The notes under the pieces were generated by a model, which worked only from the letters and a program-made list of their open reading frames with translations, had not been told where the DNA came from and did not search any database. This document shows positions 8,947 to 17,600 of a stretch of DNA of 25,779 nucleotides, piece by piece. How positions within the stretch are numbered: position 1 is the first letter of the stretch; each line of letters begins with the position of its first letter. This DNA is from a virus (Duplodnaviria > Caudoviricetes). The translations under genes and the position numbers were made by a program. Location: positions 1-25,779 of IMG/VR virus record IMGVR_UViG_3300016474_000048. One strand, given 5' to 3'.

Positions 8947-9525
8947 TTAGAAGGCGACCTTGTTGGAGACATACTGGCTGCGCGCGATCTGGACCCGAAG
9001 GACCGTGTACGCATCGCCCCAGTCGTTATCGACGCCATACCCCTTGTCGAGGATGCGCCACTGGCCCTGATTGGTCGCGCCCACCAGAGACGACGCGATG
9101 GTGGCCTGCGAGAGGCCAGTCGTCGTCGAACCGTTGGTGAAGTTCGTGATGTTCGCCTGATCGCCGATGGCGGTCTGGGCGACCGAACCGTCCGCCTGCG
9201 CCTCGTAGATGATCGTCGGATCATCGTAGAAGTAGGCGATGAGCGAGCCGGTGTCGTAGGTCGTGCTCGCGGGCCAGAAGTTCGAGACCACTCGACGCCC
9301 GCCGCCGGTCGGCGTGTATTCGACGCCAGCGAACACGCCGACGAAGTCCACGCTGTTGGTGGTGACGGGATTGAGCAGGCCCGAGGTCGTGAGCAGGACC
9401 GGCTGGTTCTGGAGGATGGTGGTGCCGTAACCGCTCGAAATGCCACCGGCCAGTGCCCTCGGGCGGATCACGCCGGAGGGATGGAAGACCGGACGGAAAC
9501 CGAACGGAGCGTTCGTTGCGGACAT
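8947..9525 (-). CDS. Conserved head protein upstream of the MCP (cement/decoration-like), 192 aa
   Basis: MSATNAPFGFRP...VGVFAGVEYT...YDDP.IIYEAQ pattern and position. Confidence 0.7.
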   Translation of the reverse strand: MSATNAPFGFRPVFHPSGVIRPRALAGGISSGYGTTILQNQPVLLTTSGLLNPVTTNSVDFVGVFAGVEYTPTGGGRRVVSNFWPASTTYDTGSLIAYFYDDPTIIYEAQADGSVAQTAIGDQANITNFTNGSTTTGLSQATIASSLVGATNQGQWRILDKGYGVDNDWGDAYTVLRVQIARSQYVSNKVAF

Positions 9526-9558
9526 CGCAATGTCCCTTTCTGTCTTCGAGGTTGAGGA

Positions 9559-10107
9559 TCAGTCCTCGTCCGCGAACGTCGGGACGGGGACGGGTTTCCG
9601 CAGCTCCGAAATGCCGGATCCCTCGATCACGTCTGCACCCATGCCACGCGCTTGCTCGCGGATCGCGTCGGCAGTGGAGGTGAGCTTCTCGGCCTCCGAG
9701 AGCGGCGCGTTGTGATGCACCTCCAGCATGTACTTCTCGTACAGCGCCAGAGGGATCTTGAACGCGAGCATCTCGTTGACGCCGATGCAGCCCGCCCACT
9801 CGCCGGTCTTCATCGACGCATACTCCCAGCCGGGAACATCTTCCGGCTTCACGGGCGTGTAGCCCAGTCGGATGCGCGAATGGATCGAGTCGCGAGGGTT
9901 GGTCGTGGTCAGCCAGCAGAGGTGATAGCCCGGGATCTTCGGAAGATCGGGGAGTGCGGCTTGGATGAACTGGCTGCGAAAAGCCTCCAGACGTTCGTCG
10001 TCCGAGATCTCGCGCCGCTCCGTGACCGAGCGATCTTGCATCGCCCTGTTGGTGCGCGCGGGGTCAACGCTCTTCTTGAGCCGGTCGTCCTGATTGGTCG
10101 TCATCAT
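9559..10107 (-). CDS. Conserved head-module protein of unknown function, 182 aa
   Basis: AAGGAG RBS. LP.IPGYHLCW...R.RLGYTPV...IGVNEMLAFKIP pattern, between scaffold and capsid genes. Confidence 0.75.
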   Translation of the reverse strand: MMTTNQDDRLKKSVDPARTNRAMQDRSVTERREISDDERLEAFRSQFIQAALPDLPKIPGYHLCWLTTTNPRDSIHSRIRLGYTPVKPEDVPGWEYASMKTGEWAGCIGVNEMLAFKIPLALYEKYMLEVHHNAPLSEAEKLTSTADAIREQARGMGADVIEGSGISELRKPVPVPTFADED

Positions 10108-10118
10108 GGCGCGCTCCT

Positions 10119-11111
10119 TCAGCGTGCGGGGGTGTTGCTGCGGTCGAACTCAGCGTAGCGACGCAGCGCGTCGCGCCTGAGCTTCGGGTCGTCCCATACG
10201 CCCGCCTCCATCATCGCCTGCTTGCGCTCGGCGGAGACGTAGACCTCGCGGCGCGTGGACGCCGGGGCGTGGTCGCCACGACCGCCCACCGGGGGGCCGC
10301 CGCGACGCTGGGTCTTGCGCTCGGGAGGAGCGTCGTCCTCCTCGGCGTTGAAACGATGAGGCAGGCGCTTCGAGGCGCGCTTCTCCAGCTCGTTCCAGTA
10401 CTCGGTCGAGGCAGGGTCGTAGCCCTCCTTCGCGAGCCGGTCGTCGATGGCGAGCATGATTGCGCTGTCCTCGTTGCCGCCCTGCGGGTCGTACCAGCCG
10501 CGATTGCGCTCGATGAACTCCTTCGCGCGCATCTCGACCAGCGGGTCGATCTTCTGCTCCTGCGGCCGCTGCGCGCGCTCGGCGATGGCGCGACGCTGGG
10601 CGTCGAGCTGCTGCGCCTCGTTCATCGCGCGGTCGCGCAGGCGGATGGCGTCGCGCGCCACCTCACCGTTGCCGGTCTCGACGGCCTTCGCGAGCGCCTC
10701 CTCGGCCTGCCGCGCGCGATACACGGCCTCGTGGAGCCGCTGGTCGATCATCTGCGCCGACTGGCCGAGCTGGCCGTTTTCCAGCGACGCCAGTCGCTGC
10801 GCCAGCTCTTGGTTCTGCCGACGCAGCGCCGACAGCTCGGCCGCGTTGCGCTCGCGCGCCTCGCGCTGCGCCGCCTTGCGGTGCTTCTTCTCCTCGCGCC
10901 GACGTGCGCGGATCGCCTCGCGATCCTCGCCGTCCTCGTCGTCGTCGTCCTCGCGCTGGTCTGCGGCGAGGCGCTCGTCGCCGTCGTCCGCGTCCTCGGC
11001 GGCCTTCTCTTCCTTCGCGGCGGCTTTCTTCTCGCCCTCCTCCTCGTCGTCGAGGGGCATCATCTCGCCAGCCTGCTTGGGATCCTCTTCGTCCAGTGTC
11101 TCGCGTGCCAT
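10119..11111 (-). CDS. Capsid scaffolding protein (putative), 330 aa
   Basis: Start reassigned to MARETLDEE at 11111 (AAGGAG RBS). Acidic N-terminus, long coiled coil, C-terminal W...GYDP...YW.EL..R domain. Confidence 0.75.
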   Translation of the reverse strand: MARETLDEEDPKQAGEMMPLDDEEEGEKKAAAKEEKAAEDADDGDERLAADQREDDDDEDGEDREAIRARRREEKKHRKAAQREARERNAAELSALRRQNQELAQRLASLENGQLGQSAQMIDQRLHEAVYRARQAEEALAKAVETGNGEVARDAIRLRDRAMNEAQQLDAQRRAIAERAQRPQEQKIDPLVEMRAKEFIERNRGWYDPQGGNEDSAIMLAIDDRLAKEGYDPASTEYWNELEKRASKRLPHRFNAEEDDAPPERKTQRRGGPPVGGRGDHAPASTRREVYVSAERKQAMMEAGVWDDPKLRRDALRRYAEFDRSNTPAR

Positions 11112-11131
11112 GTCTCGCTCCTTCAGCAAGA

Positions 11132-11620
11132 TCAGATGAAGGCCTTCACGGCGAGCGGATCGCCCGTGAACCGGCCCACGATGTCGAGGTCGTTGAACAC
11201 GACGAACAGCGCCTTCCCGGCGTCGCCCATCGGCACTTCCCAGCGGTCGCCGCCGTACTTCGGCACGCGCACGAACTCGCCCGGGTCGCACCAGATGCCC
11301 TCGGCCCACGGCTGCATCGTCTCGCGATTGCAGAACGCGAGCGGGCCGACTGCGCGCACGAGCGCGACCTGCGTGTTCCACTTCTCGGTGTCCTGCGTGT
11401 CCTCCGGCAGGATCAGGCCCGACTTCGTCTTCTTCATCGGGTTGCGGATCTGCACCACGACGCGCGAGCCATATGGCTCGAACATCGGGTTCACGTCGGG
11501 GAAGGCGAAGTCGTGGTCGCCGTTCCATGCGAAGCCCAGCCCGGGGCGTTGCTTCGCGTCGGCGACACTCGCCGACAGGGTTCGCGCAACACGCGCGACA
11601 GTCTTCAGCGCAGCCGTCAC
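11132..11620 (-). CDS. groES: GroES/Cpn10-like co-chaperonin
   Basis: FEPYGSRVVV...KKTKSGLILP...VRAVGP...GEFVRVPKYGG...FNDLDIVG matches the Cpn10 signature. GTG start overlaps the upstream stop; exact start uncertain. Confidence 0.85.
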   Translation of the reverse strand: MTAALKTVARVARTLSASVADAKQRPGLGFAWNGDHDFAFPDVNPMFEPYGSRVVVQIRNPMKKTKSGLILPEDTQDTEKWNTQVALVRAVGPLAFCNRETMQPWAEGIWCDPGEFVRVPKYGGDRWEVPMGDAGKALFVVFNDLDIVGRFTGDPLAVKAFI

Positions 11621-11808
11621 AGCTCGCTCTCCTTTCTGTCGATGTCCTTGAGAACCGCGTCGATCACATTCAGTGCCTGCTGCAAACCGGAGTAGATGCC
11701 GCAGACCCGTCCGTACTCGAACGAGTCGCGTCCTGCGGGGGCTTGCAGCGCGCCATGAGCAGCTCTCGCTTGCTCGGCTTTCAGCGCACTTATGATCCGC
11801 TCGATCAT
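11617..11808 (-). CDS. Small conserved helical phage protein, 63 aa
   Basis: SFEYGRVCGIYSGLQQA pattern, typical of the ORF between portal and phage GroES. Confidence 0.75.
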   Translation of the reverse strand: MIERIISALKAEQARAAHGALQAPAGRDSFEYGRVCGIYSGLQQALNVIDAVLKDIDRKESEL

Positions 11809-11825
11809 GTTACCGCCGTGGTAAC
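11809..11825. promoter_or_regulatory. Palindromic site GTTACC-N5-GGTAAC abutting the start codon of the 63-aa gene
   Basis: Perfect inverted repeat filling most of a 21-nt intergenic gap. Confidence 0.65.
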
Positions 11826-11829
11826 CTGT

Positions 11830-11946
11830 TCAGCAAGAGGCTTTCTTGCCGCCCTTCGCCGAGCCGCCCTTCGCCATCGCGGCGGGCTTCTTGCCCATCG
11901 CCATCTGCTTGTGCTGGGAGATCGGTCCCTTGCTCTTCGCCGCCAT
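11830..11946 (-). CDS. Tiny basic peptide, 38 aa (MAAKSKGPISQHKQMAMGKKPAAMAKGGSAKGGKKASC)
   Basis: Manual translation, below the track cut-off. Strong AAGGAG RBS, two AKGG motifs. Confidence 0.75.
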   Translation of the reverse strand: MAAKSKGPISQHKQMAMGKKPAAMAKGGSAKGGKKASC

Positions 11947-12006
11947 GTCGCTTCTCCTTCAGGTTCTGGGGTTTGGTCGGCCGCTATTGCGGCCTGTCGT
12001 TGGGGG

Positions 12007-12165
12007 TCAGCCCTCGCGCTTCTCGTTCGCCCTCGGGGCGGTCTGCTCGTTGAGCTGCATCCCGATGGTCGTGAAGACCGGGGCCACGTCGGAGTAGGGC
12101 AGACGCCCCAGCGCGTGGATGATGACGTTCACATGCGCTTCGCTCAGTCTCAGAACGAAATCCAT
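12007..12165 (-). CDS. Small hypothetical protein, 52 aa (MDFVLRLSEAHVNVIIHALGRLPYSDVAP...)
   Basis: GAGGAGAAGGA RBS before the ATG at 12165. ALG.LPY..VA pattern seen in small phage proteins. Confidence 0.7.
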   Translation of the reverse strand: MDFVLRLSEAHVNVIIHALGRLPYSDVAPVFTTIGMQLNEQTAPRANEKREG

Positions 12166-12178
12166 CGTCCTTCTCCTC

Positions 12179-14644
12179 TCACGGTGATGGGTTGATGCCG
12201 GTGCCGGTCGAAACCGCCACCCTTTCTCCGCTGACGATCTCCAGAGCTGCGAGGTCGCGTGCGGTCTGGTTGTCGGCATCGTTCATGCCGACGCGCGCAT
12301 CGACCTCGAAGGTCGAGCGCTGGTTCTCCTGATCCTGCTTGAACTGCTCGGCCTGCATCTTGGCCGCGCGGTCCTTCTCGCGGTCGGCGATGCGCGCCGC
12401 GTCAAGCTGCGCCTTCGCCTGATCGGCCTGCGCCTTGCGCGCAGTCTCGGCCTGCGAAGCCTGCGCCGCGAGGATGGTCGGATCCTGCGGCATCTGCGGC
12501 TGCATCGACTGGATGTACTGCATCGCCTGCGCGATGATCGGAGGAAGACCCGCGAGAGCCTGCTGGCCTTCGGCGATGACGCGCGACGACGCGGTCGCGA
12601 GCAGGATGTCCATCTCGCGCGACACGTCGTCGTCCTTGTCCATCAGCTCCGAGATGTCGGTGCCGGTTGCCGTACTGGTAACCTCGAAGACATGGCTCGC
12701 ATACCAGAGCGTGACGTGATCCTTGATGTGTTCGAGGATCGCCGGGACGAAGCGCGGAGCGATGATCGGGCTGCCGCCGAAGACCGGCGACTGCATGAAG
12801 TCGAGATGCACCTGTATGTGCGCGAGGTGCTCCTGCTCGGGGAACGCGACCACCGGCCGCCCCATCGTCGCGGCGACGTTCTCGTTCACCGCGTTCATCT
12901 TCTTCGGCTCCTGCTTGTCCAGCAGGAGCTTCTCGCTCTCGGGGATCTTCAGCCGACGCAGCAGCAGCTCCTCGACCTTGCGGATATCGTAGAGCTGCGG
13001 CAGCGCCGCCGCGCGCGCGACCACGGCTTGGATCTGCGCGAAGCGCTGCGTCTCGGAGAAGATGTTCGGATCGGAGACCGGGATCACGTCCACCGGCCCC
13101 TCGTAGTCGGCGCGCCGCACGATCAGCTCGCCGTCCTCCTCCACCAGCACCTTCTCGTCGAGGTACATGCGGTTGAGGCGATGCAGCACTTCGAGCGTGC
13201 GCTGCATGGCGACGTGCAGGCGCGAGTGGATCGCGGAGAACACCGTCATGCCCTGCTCGATCAGGGCGAGCGTGGTGCCGACCGGCATGTTCGGGTTCGC
13301 GCCGTCCGACAGGTTCTCGAACGTCGTCCGCACGACGCCGCGACCCGACTCAAGCAGGAAGCCGAGCAGCTTGAACAGCACCTCGCTCGGCGGGTTGAAC
13401 GGGACCGGCATGGCGAGCTTGCGAACGTCGTCCACGTTCAGGCCGCCCTCGATCTCCGTCACGCCAGTCGCGGTGAGGTTCAGCGACTGGCCGCCAGCCG
13501 TGCCGCCCTTCAGCTTCAGCAGCGTCGGGAAGTTCTGGATGTGGGCGCTGTCGAGCAGCGCGCGCAGCGCGCCGGTAGCGGCACCGGAGAGGCCGCCGAT
13601 CATGTGCGGCAGCCCGATGGGGTATGCCCCGCGCCACGGGACGAACGGCCACTCGACGATGTGCGTCAGCTCCTCGCGCAGCTCGTCTTCCTCGTCCCAG
13701 TTGCGATACACCGACAGGACATCCTCGGTCGCCTTGTCGATGGTGATGATGTACGGGCACGGCGCGCCGTCGTCGTTGTCCTCGATGTCGAGGTGCGCGT
13801 AGATCTCGAAGATCGTGCGAAGCCCGTCGCTGTTGTAGGGATCCGCCTCGCGGCCCTCGATCTTGTCGTTCGCCTTCTGCGACTTCGACTCCTCGGGCAG
13901 CGGCGGGTCGGGCGGGAGATCCACGTCGCGATACATGCCCGCGCGCACGCGGCTCTCGTACTCCTGCCGCGTGATGTACTGGACGTGCGTCTTGCGCTCG
14001 GCCGAGTAGAAGCTCGTCGCGGCGAAGGGGATGTACACGTCGTCGATGGGGACGAAGAGCGTTGTCGGGCGCTTGCGCCGCTTGTCCCAGAACAGCTTCA
14101 GGTACTGGCCGCCGCCCAGCGGGAGCTGCGTCAGGAGCTGCTCCAGCTCCGGCCGAAACTCCTTCATGGAGACCGTGAGCTGGCGGTTCATGTGCTTGGT
14201 CTTGCGCTGCGCCTTGTCGAGCTTCTCCTGCGTGACCTCGCCGGGGATGAAGTCCTTCACCGGCCCGGTCGGCGGGAACAGCTCCTTCATCGCGCGCGCG
14301 GCGAAGTCCACGCAGGCCTCGGTCAGCATCGGATGCACGACGCGGCTCGCGCCCTCGAACTGCGCGCCGCCGGGCGCATCGTCGCCCAGCCCCGTGCGCC
14401 GCAGGCCCTCCTCGTACTGCTCGTCGCGCTTCTTGCGCGCCTGCTTGTCGCGCTCGACGTGCTCCAGCAGCGACGTGGCGGCCTCTCGCAGGACCGTGGG
14501 ATCGAGCACCTCGACGAGGTTGTCGTAGAACTCCCCCTCGCCCTCTCCCGGGCCGTCGTCGAGCGTGACGATTGCGCCGCCGTCGTCCGTGTCGCGGATC
14601 TCGGCGTCGTCTTCGATCTCGAAGCTCTCGTCCTGTTCGGCCAT
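12179..14644 (-). CDS. Portal protein, 821 aa
   Basis: FEGASRVVHPMLTEACVDF.ARA..ELFP..GPVK, PVGTTLALIEQG..VFSAIH.RLH, VIPVSDPNIFS, C-terminal Gln/Ala-rich coiled coil (P22-like barrel). Position after terL. Confidence 0.9.
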   Translation of the reverse strand: MAEQDESFEIEDDAEIRDTDDGGAIVTLDDGPGEGEGEFYDNLVEVLDPTVLREAATSLLEHVERDKQARKKRDEQYEEGLRRTGLGDDAPGGAQFEGASRVVHPMLTEACVDFAARAMKELFPPTGPVKDFIPGEVTQEKLDKAQRKTKHMNRQLTVSMKEFRPELEQLLTQLPLGGGQYLKLFWDKRRKRPTTLFVPIDDVYIPFAATSFYSAERKTHVQYITRQEYESRVRAGMYRDVDLPPDPPLPEESKSQKANDKIEGREADPYNSDGLRTIFEIYAHLDIEDNDDGAPCPYIITIDKATEDVLSVYRNWDEEDELREELTHIVEWPFVPWRGAYPIGLPHMIGGLSGAATGALRALLDSAHIQNFPTLLKLKGGTAGGQSLNLTATGVTEIEGGLNVDDVRKLAMPVPFNPPSEVLFKLLGFLLESGRGVVRTTFENLSDGANPNMPVGTTLALIEQGMTVFSAIHSRLHVAMQRTLEVLHRLNRMYLDEKVLVEEDGELIVRRADYEGPVDVIPVSDPNIFSETQRFAQIQAVVARAAALPQLYDIRKVEELLLRRLKIPESEKLLLDKQEPKKMNAVNENVAATMGRPVVAFPEQEHLAHIQVHLDFMQSPVFGGSPIIAPRFVPAILEHIKDHVTLWYASHVFEVTSTATGTDISELMDKDDDVSREMDILLATASSRVIAEGQQALAGLPPIIAQAMQYIQSMQPQMPQDPTILAAQASQAETARKAQADQAKAQLDAARIADREKDRAAKMQAEQFKQDQENQRSTFEVDARVGMNDADNQTARDLAALEIVSGERVAVSTGTGINPSP

Positions 14645-14658
14645 TGTCGTCCTCGAAA

Positions 14659-14675
14659 GTTGCCGGAATGGTATC
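14659..14675. promoter_or_regulatory. Palindromic site GTTGCC-N5-GGTATC overlapping the portal promoter -10
   Basis: One mismatch to the consensus; intergenic. Confidence 0.6.
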
Positions 14676-14696
14676 CGCGTTTACATGCAGAGGCAA
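14668..14696 (-). promoter_or_regulatory. Sigma70-like promoter upstream of portal
   Basis: TTGCCT-17 nt-TACCAT in the 53-nt intergenic gap. Confidence 0.6.
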
Positions 14697-14697
14697 A

Positions 14698-17600
14698 TCA
14701 GGAGATCTGGCCCGCGTCCACGGCGGCCTCGGCGGCGTTTCCAAGCCCCGCCGCTGCCGCTGCCGCTGCCGCTGCCGCGTCTGCCTCGGGATCGCCAGTG
14801 CCCGGTCCAGAGGCACCGCCACGAGACTGGCTTGTCCCCGCGATGGCGTTATCCACAAAGGAATCGTTGAGAGACGTGCCGAACAAGCCGAAGCTGAGAT
14901 TGTTTCCGATGCCGGACATCACTTGCGATGCGGTCAGGCCGGGGAAGGCGTAGCCGGGGTTCGCCGCCCGCGCCGCATCGAGAGCTGCGTCGTACTCGCG
15001 CGCTTCGAGCGCGGTTCCAAGAGCCGTGCCTGCGAGGCCGAGGCCGGGGATCCCGGTGAACATGGATCCGAGCTGCCCCATGACGCCGAGCGCTCGTCCC
15101 GCGCTCATGCCGGGGACGGAGACGCTGCGCGTGTCCACGGTGGCTTGACCCGCTCCTCCCGGCGTCCCGGCGCTGCCCGGCGTGAAGCTCGACAGGCCAG
15201 AGGCGATGGCGGTGTCGGCCTGCTGCTGCGGCGTAGGCCACGAGTACTCCATCGCCGGAGACGACGCGCGCCAGCCATCGCTCATCGCCTGCGGCCTCAT
15301 GCCGTAAGTCAGCATGTCGTCGCTCACCGCGCCGCCCTCGGCGTAGCGGTTCACGATCTCGATGGGCGCGTCGTCGAACATGACGATGTTGCGGGTGCCA
15401 GTTCCAGCGGCACGAGATCCTGCATCGAGGTAGCGAATGCCGGGAACGCCTGCCTCGCGGAGGACATTCGTCGCTTTGATCCTGCCGGGCTTTGTAGCCC
15501 AGTTGGAATTGGGGTTGTCGGAAAGTTTCTTTGCAAGCTCAAAATACTCATCCAACCCAGTCGGCGTCCTGATCGGCATCTCCAGCCGACTTGAATCTCT
15601 CCAGATCGCATCCTTGAGGTAGTGGTCGAACACCTGTCGTGCCTCTTGCGGCTGCTCTGTCCACCACCCGTCTTCGGTTATGAACTTCTCTTTTGGAACG
15701 TGAAGATTGACATCGTACATGTAGGCCTTCGGCTCGATCAGATCACCGCCGCTCCAGTCGATCTTGAACTGCTTGTTCTTCAGCGCATCGATTGAATACC
15801 GGATGTCGCGCAGCCAGTCTTCGCTCGCGTCTGGGCGAGCGTACAGGCTGTCGTCGAGCGCACGGATTGCGGCAGCCTCGTCTCCGCCGTAGCTCTTGAG
15901 TGCGTTCTCTATGAATTGAGCCTGCCGTTCGGTCGCGCCAGACGGCAGCGAAATACGCATGACCGTCGGTGTAAACTGCGGCTCCGCCATCTCTTCAAAC
16001 GACCTCTTGTAGCTCTTCGCCACGTCTGGGTTCTCCGCGAAGTACAGCCCGTGACCGTAGACCTGAGCGCCTTCGCCGGTCCCGATCTTGCCCATGTCGA
16101 ACTCGTCGAACTTGTGCGGCGAGCCGTGATAGGCGCGCAGCGGTGACTGGACACGCACGAGCGAACCGCGTCGGAAGCGCGCGAGGCCGCCCTCATCGAC
16201 TTCGCCGCCATCGGCGTAGCCCCAGCGCTGCCTGACGACATCGTCGAACGACTTCAGGATCTCGTCCGTCGCGCCCGGCGTCGTGAAGGGCTTGCCGTCC
16301 ACGGTCCAGAGCGTCGTGTTCGGATCGAACTGCGTCCAGACCTTGCCGCGTCCGACGCGATCCAGAAGGCGTTCCGTCAGGATCGGCGAGAGGTTGTTCG
16401 CAAGCACGAGCTGGTTCGCGCGTGTCTCGAACGCGGGATCGGCGAGCTGCGCGCGCCGGAAGAAGTCGGGGTCGTTCGCCAGATCCCAGTTGATCTGCTG
16501 CTTCAAGCCGAAGCGATGCGCCGACTTCGCGAGGTCCGGCCGCGTGAAGATGAGCGAGCGCGACGAAGTGTCGGGGAACGTCCCCTCGATCCCGTGCAAG
16601 TTCGCGTGGTCGCCGATGTCGCGGCCGATGAACGACGACATGTCGAAGTCTGGGTTCGACGGGATCGCGGCCGTGTTCGGGTGCGTGTGCATCGTGACGC
16701 CGAAGCCGTGCGGGCCGGGGGCGTGATACGGATCGACATGCAGCGCGGACGGGTGCTGGAGCATCGTGCCAGCGTTGGGGCGCGGCTTGATCAGGTCGAT
16801 CTCGTGCGGGCCGCCGGACAACACGTTGCTCGCGAACACCGGGACGTTGCGCGGGTCGCTCGCGACGGAGAGCGCGACCGGATCGGGCGCGGAGAAGAAG
16901 CCGTGCTCGATGTTCTTGTTGATCGTGTCCTGCGCCGCGCTCGACCATGTGTGCTTCGTGCCGGGGATCGAGTAGTCGATGGCGTCGAACACCTCGTTGA
17001 TGTCGCTCGGCAGCGGGACGTTCCTGATGTCCCGCTCGGTGGACGCGCGTTCGAGGCTCTCCGCGACCTTCTTCGCCTCCTGACGCGAGAGCTGCCCACC
17101 GGGGCGGACCTTGCCGCCGCGCTGGTATCCCTCCATGCCGAACGAGGCGTAGATCTTCGCCATCACGCTCTCGGGCGCGGTGTTGGGATTGATCACGATC
17201 CCCGCGTCCTCCGGCTGGTCCGCGATCTCCTGATCGCGCATGAGCGCGTTCTCGTCTTGCAGCTCGCGCATCATGCGCTGGAGCGCGGCGTCGTCGGCCT
17301 CGACCTCGCCGCCATCGGCGTACCTGAAGTCGCTCTTGCTTCCGTATGTCACGTCGCGGCCGACGACCAGAGGACCGACTTGCACGACCTCTTCAGCGCG
17401 CGTGACCGGCTGCATCGTGGTGCGGTCGTAGAAGTAGCCGTGGCGCTCTGGGTCCATCCCGATCTGCTTCCAGCGCGACGGCTCTTCGAGGGCCTGCTTC
17501 ATGCGCGCGAGCGCCTCTTCGTCGCTCATCGGGTTCCACTCACCGCGCATGACCGCGAACGGAGACTTCGCTCCACCGGCGGCAACATCCAGCGCCTTGC

